The translations under genes were made by a program, and so were the position numbers. The notes below the pieces were generated by a model. The model did no database searches, was not told where the DNA came from, and was given only the letters and a program-made list of their open reading frames with translations. A stretch of DNA of 64,000 nt, taken from positions 558,001 to 622,000 of the forward strand of contig OZ025788.1 in the NCBI GenBank assembly GCA_964019425.1. The letters run 5' to 3'. This stretch comes from Flectonema sp. DT1601. Lineage: Eukaryota. This document shows positions 50,101-61,963 of the stretch, in pieces (positions within the stretch are counted from its first letter, which is position 1; each line of letters begins with the position of its first letter).

Positions 50101-53100
50101 ATATGTTACATTTAATTGTTTGTTTTGCTGAAGGAACACGACAGAAGGACTCTCGTCGTAAGCAAGCAGTCAAGAAAGGAATATCAAAACTGCAAGCGAC
50201 TGCAGGTCAAGCAGTTGTATTAGAAAGAGAATTACAAGAGAAACGTTTGTCAATAAAACACCAAACCAAAGCTTATGAGAGAAGCTTTGAGAATCTTGAA
50301 CACGAACGAAAGACTTATCACGAACATGCAGTTCTTCAAAATATGCAACAACGAAGTATTGATAAAGTTGGTGCTGAGTGTGTCACTTTAAGTAGAGAAT
50401 GTGCTCAAGACCTGTCAGCACTACGACCAACAGTAGACGCTGCATTTGCCGCTCTCAAAGCACTCGATAAGAATGCTATTATGGAGTTGAAAACTTCAGC
50501 AAAACCAACTCCAGAAATAATAAATGTTTGCATCGCTATTTATGTTTTAACTTCTGAAGGAAGAATACCAAAAGACAAGTCGTGGAATGCCTGTAAGAAG
50601 ATAATGGTAATCCCCGCTGTTTGGATTCAAAGTCTAATGTCACTCGACTGCAATAACATTCCACAAACACAAGCTGACTATGTATCGAAGTTTATTAAGG
50701 AAAATAAGGCTCATTTCAGTCCTGCTGCACTTAATCAAAAAAGTCTAGCAGCTGGTTATCTATGCACCTGGTTACTAAATATGTTATCATATCATGAAAC
50801 AAGATTAGCAATCCGACCAAAAGAAGAAAGACTGGCTGAATTTAAAGCTGCCAGTGACAACAGTAAGACAGTAGTTAATAAAATGAAAGAAAAGACAAAA
50901 ATGTTAAAAGAGAATTTGAATGCCGCGAACACTGAAGTACAACAATGCGAAGATGCGATAGCAAGACTAAAACAACAAGCGAGATCAACAGAATCCAAGT
51001 TAATGAGAGCAAAGCAACTAATGCAGACTCTCGGAAGTGATGGAGAATGGGCAGCGTCAGCTACGAAAGAAACCTGCGGAGGAACAGGTGACATCGCTCT
51101 AGCCGCAGCATTAGTCAGTCACGGAGGTGTCCTTTCTGAATCATCGAGAAAACGTCTACTCCGATTGAAATGGCCTCAAGAATTATCACAAAGAAACCTC
51201 CCTCACAGTAAACCAATACTTCCTTTAGTCGTTGCTGCTGACATCGCTCTTTGGGAAAACAATGGTCTCCCTGCCCAGTTATTCGCTCAAGAATCAGCCA
51301 CAGTAATAATGTCATGTAGAAGAAGTACTTTATTAATAGATCCACATAAACAAGGGACCAGATGGTTAATAAATCAATTATCTCCAATATCAATTAGATG
51401 TGGAGAGGCTGGATACGAAACAGCAATATTACAAGCAGCTAGCCAAGGCTGTCCAGTAGTAATAACCGATGTTGGTACAACACTCCCACAAGCATTAGAT
51501 GAAATGTTAGAAAATGTTGAGTCAGGTTACATTGTGTTTAATGGATCTTATGTTCCTGTTGCTCCGAAGTTTCGAATGCACTTCTCGACTCAGCAATTTG
51601 AATGTAAATTACCAGTTCGAATACTTTGCAGACTTTCGATATCAAATTTCAATGTTGGAATGGAAGGGATCGAAGAAATACTTCTCTCATCAGTCGTCGA
51701 CGTTGCCTGTCCTGCATTAGAACAAAGCCGACAAGCACTAAAACTGGAAGGCAATCAACGAACTATTGACATGCAACAGGCTGAACAAGAATTACTGCAT
51801 ACTCTAAGTACTGCTGAAGGAGAACTTCTCGATAAACCAGATTTAGTAGCTGCTCTCAATTGTATGAAACAAGAAACATCAAGAATGGAAGAAGCTTTAC
51901 AAAAGGCTATTGAAGCCCAACAAGAATTAACTCTTCAACGAGACCGCTACCGTGCAGCAACAGGTCGAGGAGCGCTTCTGTTTATGCAGGTGCAGTCATT
52001 GGAGAAATTAAATCCAATGTATGCTTTTAGTATTGAAATGTACATCCAAGTCTTTAAGGACACACTTCTATTAAGTGTTGAGACACAAGAAGATGACTGT
52101 GATGCCTTTGAAGCACATCGAAAGGGGATGGCGGGAGATGTGGTCGCACTACTGGCAAATGAATTTTCAGCCATCGCAACCAGAGCTGTCTTTCTTCATA
52201 TTGTTGCTGGTTTAAAGAAAGAAGACAAACTCGTATTCAGTGCAGCTCTCTGTTTTTCAATCCTCGGATATGAACGACCTGATGAATTTCCTTCAGAACT
52301 TCTTACCTTCTTATTAAAAGGACCATCACCTACTAGCAGTGATCAAACACCTAGTCCAATATCATGGCTTCCAGATGATAAATGGAATGCATGTCAATGT
52401 CTTGAAGGAAAGGCTTCCGTTTTTACAGGATTGACTGGTGACATTATAGCACATAATAGATGGCATCAGTGGTATTTAATTAACACACCAGAACTAGAAG
52501 TATTACCTGGAGAATGGCAAGTGTTAGGATCATTTCATAAATTGTTAGTACTACGTTGTCTCAGACCAGATCGACTTCCTACAGCTGTTGAGTGTTTTAT
52601 GAAATCTGAATTAGGTTCGTCGTATGTGGATCCTCCTCAACCAAGTATTTCAGATGTTCTTATTAATCCAAAATGTCACACAGTAATCCTATGGACTGGA
52701 TTAGGGAATGATCCGTTAGCTGCAGTAAAGTCATATCACAATTCTAACATCAGCGGTTCTTTAGTATCAATAGATGTTCATGATGAATTATCTGATAGTG
52801 TTGACAGTATTAATAGAGTAGCTCTAAAAGGGGGATGGTGTATGTTGGACAGTATTCATTTAGAACCAGAATTGTTACCATTGTTGTCTCCGATATTAAC
52901 TAATTCAGAAATCAGTCCTAGATTCTTAATGGTTTTGACAGCTGATCCAGCAAGTGCTTCAAAACTACCAGTTAGTGTGATACGAGACTCATTGAAAGTT
53001 ACAACAGACACATCCTCTTCGTTAAAATCAATATTATTATCAACATGGGATGTGTCATCACAGCATTGCCCTGCTATTCCTCGACAAGGTGAATTGCGAA

Positions 53101-54462
53101 GAATGCTATTCTTGTTGTCGTACTTTCATTCGGTTTGTTTGCAGAGAAATATTTTTTTAAATTATGGATTTGTTGATGCTCCGTATGCCTTTGGAACTTC
53201 TGAGATATCAGCGTCTCGATATCTAATTCAAATGTTACTTCAACAAACAACAACAAATACTGATATTCATTGGGATGATCTCAGAGAAGTAATCGTCTCA
53301 CAAGTATATGCAGCTCACAGTACGGTTGAGATTGATCGAAAAGCACTTATAGCAATTGGAGAATCGATCTTAACTCAGAATAATTTATCTCATTCAGATT
53401 TTTGTGGGATGCCACTAGCAATGAATGCCGGTATGTTATAGTTTACTTCTTGTTTATTATTGATGTAAGCAAAACAACAAAACAACAACAGACGTTCAAG
53501 AAATACACCAAACGATAAGTGGATCAGAATGGAGTATTCATGACGATATGAAGTACGCGATGCTAAATACGAATTCCGTTACAGCAATGCATCGACTGAG
53601 GTCTGTTCAACTGTGTGAGGGATTACATGTCCTTGTTGATCAGGTTGAAGTATTGTCAGGAAATAATTACACAAAAACACCTGAATCTCACATTGCTAAA
53701 AAGAAAGCATCGCAGATACTAAAACAACTTCCCGTCAGTGAAATTGATACCTCGAACATAAACAACAACAGCACTTTAATTAATGCTTGGATAGCTGAGG
53801 TTAGGCAATGCAACATCGTAATTGAAGCTATCCGATCTGACTTAAATACCAATCAGTTAGAACCTCACGAAATAATATCAAAACTAGTATTAGATGAAGT
53901 ACCTTCACGATGGTCATTGTTGGGATTTGAAACTACCTTAGGACTTGCTTCTTGGGTTAAATCTCTTCTTCAGAGAGAACTAATGCTTCGTAACTGGGTA
54001 ACAAATCCACAGATCCCTCGTGTTGTGTTAATTCATCTGTTGTTTAATCCAAAAGCGTTTCTTGTCAAATCATTAATTGCAGGTATGCGCAGTACTCAAA
54101 GTTTGGATAGCTGTCACTTTGCTGTTGAAATTTCAAAAACTGCAGCGGATAAAGTTGGAGCACCTGCTCGTAACGGAATTCATATTTGGGGAGTGAGACT
54201 TCTAATGTGTAAATGGTCTCCAGTTGGTCAGTTTATTAGTCAGTCGAGCAATGCTGTTACTAATTCTTATTCATGTCTACCAGTAGTGACTCTCAGAGTA
54301 TCTGATGTCGATGAAGACATCTCTCCTGACATATGGCCATGTCCTATTTATTCAACAGCTAGTAGACGAAACATAATAATAAACATACCACTTCCTTCAA
54401 AGAAACCCACATCATTTTGGACCCTCATCGGTGCCTGTGCTGTCCTAGAAGGTTCTGTTTGA
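41195..54462 (+). CDS. divergent axonemal dynein heavy chain, ~4355 aa; join(41195..47765,47839..48519,48586..53430,53492..54462)
   Basis: Three phase-1 GTATGT..CAG introns (47766-47838, 48520-48585, 53431-53491) fuse four ORFs in frame. Motifs: LRNRHW, RRSFPRL, TPQTDRC; P-loops GETASGKT, GPPGCGKS, TTGSGKTS, GERCIGKC; stalk/MTBD LKALDKNAIMELK...IPKDKSWNACK; LLIDPHKQG, LRCLRPDR, CPIYST. Confidence 0.93.
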
Positions 54463-54736
54463 ACTATTCTGTTTTGTTATTCATTTACACGAGGGGGGAA
54501 CATTCCCTACCGGGAATCTTCTTCTTTTATTTTTAGAAACACTTTAACCGTCTCATAACTTACTCATCGATTTATTTAATAAGAAAATATAAAAAATAAT
54601 TCTTTCTGTTATTTCCTATTCTCTTCAGGACACTATATACTATGAAATGACTATTATCTGTGGTTAACTCATGTCGTTTGTGGTGAAGAAGACTTTAGAA
54701 CATTTTTACGTCTCCAGTTAAAATAAATAAAAAGAA

Positions 54737-55912
54737 ATGAGCGGGAGAAGCCTTTCGGATGTTCTCGAAAAGGGAGATAAACTTCTGAGACCATGGAATC
54801 CATCACATTCTCTGACAACAGCTCCTAGTAGTAAGTCAATAAGAAATGATCATTCAGTAAATAGAAACGTTTCACCTTTGAGAAGAAGACAGTCTGATCC
54901 AACTGCCAAAGAGTGCTCTAGGGATGTTAATTTAAATCAATATCGAGTCCCTGAGAATGAAAACTTACCTCCGCTTTGTAACATTATCGAAAGAAGCCCG
55001 GAAGTTACTTCTGCGTTCAGTGGTGGGATGTCAGCACTGGCGGGGAGTATATCAAAAACAACAACAACAACAACAACAAAAAGAAAAAGTGACATCGAAC
55101 ATGTAGTTCGAAAACTACCAACTGACAATAATATCTCAGCAGCAGAAATCCAACGAATCGCCGAACAGCAATTGGCTGATTGTGAAAGAGAGTTTGGACT
55201 GATTAGTGTTTCAGAGGATGCGCATTCTCGTAGAACAGCTGCATTGCAAGCACTCGTTGGGACAGCATCCATCCCTCAAGACTCTCAACAGACATACAGC
55301 ACTCCTTCAATCTTAAAACTACGATCGGAACTCTACACAATAATGAAACATGACGTCTCTAACACAGAGATTGAGAACATGACTCGAACTGTTAGAGAAG
55401 CACTTCGGGGAATAGACTCTGCTCATGAAGAAAGTGGGGAATTAATACTTTCACTATCAAGCGAATTAATAAAAATACTCAGCAAAAATGCATCCCTAAC
55501 CACAAAGTGTTCATCTACAGGTAGAGAAGTACTAGAAGAATCACACACAGGACCAAATCCTAAACTATTAAAGGAAACATCTGATATGATTACTAAGATA
55601 AGTGATGTTGGAGAACTCGATTCCCTGCTACTGGAAATGTCATCGTCTGTAGGAACAGCGCTGTCTGGTCAGATTTCTGACAGTCGCTCAAAATTGCTAT
55701 CCCTCCAAGATCAAGTTGTTTTATTACAACGACAGTCAAGAGATCAAATTACGCAAATACATTCTCTTCAAGACACATCACGTGAACTTAGTTCCCAACA
55801 CACTCGACTTGGAGCTGAAAATCGAGAACTCCGCCAACTCCTAAACTCAATATTAAATGCCGTGGCTTCTAAACCCCAAACGGTACTACAATCTCCCGTC
55901 AGATTGATGTGA
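54737..55912 (+). CDS. hypothetical protein with C-terminal coiled coil, 391 aa
   Basis: Long ORF with coding-like composition; heptad-like LLSLQDQVVLLQRQ...LGAENRELRQLL; CAG about 20 nt before the ATG. Confidence 0.75.
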   Translation: MSGRSLSDVLEKGDKLLRPWNPSHSLTTAPSSKSIRNDHSVNRNVSPLRRRQSDPTAKECSRDVNLNQYRVPENENLPPLCNIIERSPEVTSAFSGGMSALAGSISKTTTTTTTKRKSDIEHVVRKLPTDNNISAAEIQRIAEQQLADCEREFGLISVSEDAHSRRTAALQALVGTASIPQDSQQTYSTPSILKLRSELYTIMKHDVSNTEIENMTRTVREALRGIDSAHEESGELILSLSSELIKILSKNASLTTKCSSTGREVLEESHTGPNPKLLKETSDMITKISDVGELDSLLLEMSSSVGTALSGQISDSRSKLLSLQDQVVLLQRQSRDQITQIHSLQDTSRELSSQHTRLGAENRELRQLLNSILNAVASKPQTVLQSPVRLM

Positions 55913-56120
55913 GGGATAAGTCTGTCGTAGATCTTCTTATTGTTAGATTTCTGTTATTGTATTTCAACAACTATATCGTAATTAATTTGTAACAACGATG
56001 TCATATTTCTATTCCTATTCACAGGAGGAAACTAAAATATAAACTTTATTTCGCATAAGATTCCACCACTATGATGCTTTTAATTAAACTTTTCTCACTC
56101 AGGTAGGGGTCTCCGGGCTC

Positions 56121-57561
56121 ATGGGAGACGCAAAGGCCAATGTAAAAGGTTTCTTTAAGAGGTTTAAGGAGAACAGAGACTTGTGTGAGCAACAAGAAAA
56201 ACGACAACAACAACAACAACAACAGGCTGATGTCGGTAATTTAATGCATCAAGTATCCAGGACAACTATATCATCAGGTAGAAATCAAGTGTCAAGAAGC
56301 GGTCATCATAATTTATCTCCTGTAGATCCGTCGATGTTCCCGACATTGCTTCCTCCAAAACAACCGAGATATAGAGAAAAAAACCTACTAGTACTTGACT
56401 TGGATGAGACACTTGTTCATTCTTCATTTAAACCTGTTCCTCAGCCTAGTACGATACTTCCCATTGAGATAGATGGAAACGTCTTTCAAGTGTATGTTAA
56501 GAAGCGACCCTTTCTTCACGAGTTTATAAGGAAAATATCTGACATGTTTGAGATTTGTATATTCACAGCGTCGTTATCAAAATACGCCGACCCGCTACTT
56601 GATGAACTCGACCCTGGCCGTGAGCTTCTTGGACGCCACCGACTTTTTCGAGAACAGTGCTCTCACACTAATGGTGCTTACGTTAAGGATCTTTCTCTCA
56701 TTGGCCGTCCTCTGGAAACTATTTGTATTATAGATAATAGTCCTGTTGCTTATTTATTTCAGGTTTGTTTTATCTGTTAACTTGTATAATATCAATTCTA
56801 ACAATAAATAAAGTCAACAACAGCCACGAAACGCATTGCCATGCACATCTTGGTTTGAAGACCCGACTGACTCAGAGCTTTTAGACTTCTTTCCAATTCT
56901 TGAGAGTCTAGCCAATACAGAGTATGTGTTGTGTTGTTCTTTTGTAATGATCTGAACCTCTGAATGAAAAGTAGATCGATGTCTTATTCTCACTGAACGC
57001 AATCCTATGTTAGTGCAATTGAGAAAACGATTCATGCACACTCTTTGAGTGTAATCTTCTTGATTCCTGTTGTCGCTGCGTTATTTTCTGTTTTGATTAT
57101 GTTTAGCTTTTTTCTATTGTTGCTTAAACATAACTGTTGAGACAAGGGTGTACGAGTCACCCTACGGATCATCAGCTTCCCCTTCTCGTTTTGTGCTTAC
57201 ACTAGTTAACCTTAACAACACATATATTTAAAATACCTCCTCCTCAGAAAGTTGCAAGCAAGCTACTGTCATATGCGTTTCTCGCCTTTTAGCTTTCTTT
57301 CTTATTGCGTACGATTTGCCGCATCCTGGTCCTGCCTCTGGGTGTTTATTCTATTCGTGTCAGCTGCCAGCTGGTACTCTTCTTGTTTCCGAAGAGTCAA
57401 ATGCAGCACAGTTTGTGGTGCTGATGGGAAACATAACATGACATACTACTAAGTAACAGCTCTTATTCTGAATGGTTTCTTTCTCTACCGTCTCTGCGAT
57501 GGAACAAAATACAAACAGTAACGTGTACGATGTACTTGATCACGTCTTAGGAAGCAATTAA
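56121..57561 (+). CDS. CTD small phosphatase (SCP/CTDSP/Psr, FCP1-homology HAD family), 260 aa; join(56121..56762,56824..56921,57519..57561)
   Basis: LVLDLDETLVHSS, VKKRPF, IFTASLSKYADPLLD, YVKDLS, IIDNSP. Introns 56763-56823 and 56922-57518 restore FQPRNALPCTSWFEDPTDSELLD...LANTDNVYDVL, the normal family C-terminus. Confidence 0.93.
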
Positions 57562-58603
57562 GCCGCAAGTAAGGTTCACTTGCATGAAAGAAGCATAGAA
57601 ATCGTAGTACTTCACGTTGTTTGCATGGTTATTTTCTCTCTTCTTTAATGTGTTTTTTTTTTTTTTTAAAGATACGATTTAAAGGGGGTGGGGGAAAAAA
57701 AGAAGAAAAGAACCACGGCTGACGCTCAAACAATAATTGTATTTAGCAACCCTTTCAAACCAAACATATCTTCTGTTCTTCTTTCTGTTCATAGAGGAAA
57801 AAAAAAACCCAAATTGAGTCACTTGTAATTTATCTTTTTGCTTCTCACAGGAGCTTTGCTGCTCAAGTATTTCTTAGCTTTAGTCTTTATCCCTGTTCTT
57901 GAATTCGTAATAATCACATATTCCACGTTTAAGGTGGAAAACAAGTTGCGTGTGGTGCTTTACAGAGACAAGAATGGCTTCTATCGACTAATATAATATT
58001 CCGATTTTTAAAAAAAAAAAAAAAAAAAAAAATCTTTTTTGTTCTTTTGAATGCGATCTTTCTTTTGTTCATTTTCTTTATTATCTCTTGTGAGATCACA
58101 CGGCAATCGGTGGCCTGTATTGATGATTTTAGTTTTTTCAGACAGAGACGTAACCGATATATTTCGTACTAATCCTGTCACGCTACAAGAGATTTTACGA
58201 TCAAAGTAATTCGGAATATAATGATGTGAGAAGATATCAAATTGTATAATAAAATTATATCTGTCGGACTGTTTTATAATTATTAAGACTCGTGTTTCGA
58301 GAGTTCTCTGATCGCTGGAAACTTTTTCGGAGTCTATAACTAAATAATTCGGTACGACAGTTTTTACCGAGACCGATTTCTCAAATTCTTTTTTTTTTTT
58401 TTTTTTTTTTTTTCAATATTCTTAACTGGAAATGAATAAGGATATTTATTATGAGATTTCAATCCTCTCAGGCTATTTATATACTACGGCTTACGTGCTC
58501 ATCAGCAGCAAGCATATTGTTTTTTTTTTTGTTTTTTTTTAAATTTTTATTTATTAATTTTCCTCTTATTCTTAACACAGAAAGAAAATGATAACATTTA
58601 CTT

Positions 58604-58662
58604 GTACGCTAACCCGCATTTTATGATATTCTCTTTTTTCGATTTACAATAAAAAAAACTAG
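58604..58662 (+). other. possible 5'-UTR intron of the CDK gene
   Basis: GTACGC...AATAAAAAAAACTAG, 59 nt, with the same size and A-rich acceptor as the coding introns; no frame constraint to confirm it. Confidence 0.35.
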
Positions 58663-58674
58663 GTAATTATTGGA

Positions 58675-60820
58675 ATGTGCGATGCAGCTACGGAACCTGC
58701 TTTTGATCACATCCCTGGAAATATAAGCAAACCAAATGACATAAAAGTCAATGAAGAAGAGGGAGATGTCAGTGATGCTGAAGGCGACGTGCTCAGTAAT
58801 ATGGCTGAAGGTGGAGCGAGTATAAGTTTTAGTATGATAGAAGAAGAGCAGACGAATCAGCAGGTACCAACTCCAGCCCCATCTACAATGCCTGCAATGA
58901 ACGCGACATCAACACCGTCACTGGCATCTGAAAATAGTACTCCACCTCCTCTTCCTGGTAGTGATCAGGCAGAGCGTATGAAAAATGACTTTTATTTCCC
59001 TCGTCTTGCAGGTACTCAGAGAGTTGAAGAGCGATACTCTCATAGAGAACGGATTGGTGAGGGAACTTATGGAAGGGTTTATTTAGCGAGGGAAATTAAG
59101 ACTGGTTATCAACGTGCTCTGAAGGTTATGAATTTTGATAAATATCAGGAAGGGTTTCCTGTTACCTCAGTAAGAGAAATTAAAATAGCAATGTCAATAG
59201 CCGGGCACAAGAACCTCGCTAGGCTGCACGAGATTCTATTATCACCCGGTATGTGTAAACAACAACATCGACAACCAATGACGGACTACAACGAAGAAGG
59301 TACCACCACTATGTTTAATTAAAAACACCAACAAACAGACAACTCCGCAGTTCTTGTTTTCGAGTACATCGAATACGACCTTGCAGGTATAATAATGTCA
59401 GGCTATCGATTGTCTCTTCGTATGATTTGGTTTCTTTTATTGCAACGCTTTACTTTGTAAACTCAAAGTTCTTGCGTATTCGGTTTGAAAAGAATTACAC
59501 AATTGCATAGCTCACACACAAAGGTCACATTCTATCTCTCTCGTTCCAAATACTTAACGGCCTCTTCATTCTGCACCGAGCGGGTATCGTCCACAGAGAT
59601 TTAAAGGGTATGTTGTTATATTTGAGTTGAGGTGATGCATCAGTACTGAGGCATAACGAATTATTAACACAGCATCTAACGTTTTGGTATCGAAAGAGGG
59701 TGTGGCGAAAGTCTGCGACTTTGGACTCTCACGAGCGATAGCAGCGGGTGACAAAGTGACTCCGAATGTCGTTACTATGTGGTATCGACCACCGGAGCTG
59801 TTACTCGCTGGGGACAATTACAGTTCCGCTATCGACGTCTGGTCAGCTGGTTGCCTACTTGGTGAAATGTTTTTGGGAGAACCATTATTCAGAGGTGGGA
59901 ATTGTGCAATGAAACAACTCAGTATGATAACTGACATGTGCGGCACACCAAATGAGAGTAACTGGCCAGGAGTAAACAAACTCTCTGGTTATCAACAACT
60001 CAGAGAAGAGAAAGGACGTTGTCTCGGTTCTACTCTATCAGCAAAGTGCTGGGAGAAGAGAAAAGGTCTTCATGATAAACACGGTGATGGAATACCAAAA
60101 CTAGCCATCGACTTAATTGAGAAGATGTTAACATTAGATCCGTTACAACGAATATCAGTTAATGGTGCTATAGAGCATCGATACTTTTATTGTGATGCTG
60201 ATCAAAACTTCGTTAGTGGAAGTCGTTCAAGAAGTCCTATTCCACTCGAAATACCAGGTCGTAAGCAATGTCACGAATGGGAAGTCAAACGTGAACGACA
60301 CCCCAACTACAACAATAATAATAACAATAATAATAATAATAATAATAACAATAATAATAATAGAGGTCCGAACAGGGCTACTAATAACCATATGGCTGCA
60401 CAGCCACAGTGGGATAAAGGCAGGAAGGGAGGCAAAGGACCCCCTCAGAGTTCCTTAAATGATGTGCCACATTGCTCATGCATTAGAAGAGCACCTACTC
60501 GAGGTCAGAAATGCTTAAATTGTAATCGCCAGATCTTACCCACAGCTGCCAGCAGAAACGCTCAAAAGCGAACTCGTTCTGCTTCGGCAAAAGGAGGTAC
60601 TAAAGGTAAAGCAAAATTGGAAGGTGGTATTGCGCAATGTCACAGCGGAAAAGGTTCAAAGAAGGGAACATCACAACTCGACAACCCTCCAGTTCAGAGT
60701 CCTGCAGCGAAAATTATCAGCATGCCTGACAAGACTCGAAGGAACAAATTAACATTCATAAAAAAATCACAATCACCTGAACCCACTACTGTGATGCGAC
60801 CTATGCAGCCGTTAAGGTAA
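58675..60820 (+). CDS. cyclin-dependent kinase, CDK9/10/11/12-type (PVTSVRE), 628 aa; join(58675..59248,59339..59419,59524..59607,59673..60820)
   Basis: IGEGTYGRVY, ALK, EGFPVTSVREI, LVFEYIEYDL, HRDLKASN (rebuilt across an intron), DFGLSR, VVTMWYRPPELL, DVWSAGC. Introns 59249-59338, 59420-59523, 59608-59672. Confidence 0.92.
60311..60361 (+). repeat. (AAT/AAC)17 coding repeat, poly-Asn
   Basis: Directly visible within the CDK C-terminal tail. Confidence 0.95.
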
Positions 60821-61289
60821 ACTGAAAATTTAACTTGCGACATGTCCGTTATCAGTTTCGTTTATGTATCTGTGAAGGTGGTCGGAGGGCATAAGAATCG
60901 ATAGTTTCAATTAATTAAAATAAAAAAGAATTCTAAGAGAAAAAAAAAAGAAGAAAACTTCGTCATCTTTTTTTTTTTTTTTTTGTATGTTACTTTATCT
61001 TGTCTCCCTCTCTTTTCTTCGAAAAGGAAATGTTTTTGAAACTAAATATCTTTGTCCCTCCCGTTCCCCTCCCAAGTGAAGCGGTCAGGAATTAATTACA
61101 AGTCAGGTGTTATGGTCTCTTGTAACATTTACGAAAGAACCAGAACTTATATAAGTGAATGGTCATACAACTGGTATGCATCACAATAATAGAAGTGGAC
61201 ACCGCTCACAAGCTCCCGATACGCCTATACAGAATAAGTCTGTCTCTTAGACAGGTACTTCTGGTAGTACGAAAGCTCTAGTCACTTAA

Positions 61290-61892
61290 TCGATAACCAG
61301 CGGGCGTGTCAAAACACTCAGCTGGCTGAGCAACATGACATCTTCTGTGCTGTTGAAATGCAGCAGCGGGGAGGTCACTTTGGAATTGACGGTACGATGA
61401 CAGCACCACTCGGCGCTATCTACAACTCGTCTTTCGAGACGCAATACAGGTACAGAACTCGTTGATAGCAACATCAGAGAATTCACAGCTATTGAAGCTG
61501 AGGAAGGATACTTCTATGTTAATGTCAAAAAGAATTCACTGCTACTTGTACATATTGACGGAACGATGCGGCTGCACGCCGCAGGAATGACTCAGTGCAA
61601 AGGATTTTTGATCATTGCGCTCCCCCATTCCGAATTTAAGATTATATCAGGACTCCTCTATCAGTTGAAGTTGAGGTTGTCTCTGTTGAATGAGACACGC
61701 CGGTCAAAGCATGGCCGCGGTATTCGCCGCACACATGTGAACGTCCCTTTTCCCAACTTTGGGAGGAAAAAGAACGAGACGGATCCCTTTATCAGATCTG
61801 TTTTTGTTTTACTGATCCTTTTGGGACGTGGATACCAAACTATTTGCCATCACTCTACTTTATTTGTTTCAACAGCTAATATAAATGACTGA
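61290..61892 (+). pseudogene. coding-like island, possibly a decayed gene or unrecognised exon(s)
   Basis: Higher GC and no long homopolymers. One frame reads ~200 codons with a single TGA near 61398 (...ELTVR*QHHS...EFTAIEAEEGYFYVNVKKNSLLLVHIDGTMRLH...). No family recognised. Confidence 0.25.
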
Positions 61893-61963
61893 ACGAAATG
61901 GAAAAAAAAATGAGATTAAAATAACGATTCTTATTTTTATATTAAAACAGCTGAATTATATTG

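Noticed and set aside
41195..54462. Dynein as four separate genes, a pseudogene, or stop-codon reassignment
   Set aside because: All breaks are explained by 61-73 nt GT-AG introns that keep the frame; TAA and TGA are both used as normal stops.
2521..60820. Cyclin and CDK as a cognate pair
   Set aside because: They are 55 kb apart, and PHO80-type cyclins usually partner PHO85/CDK1-like kinases rather than the CDK9/11/12 type.
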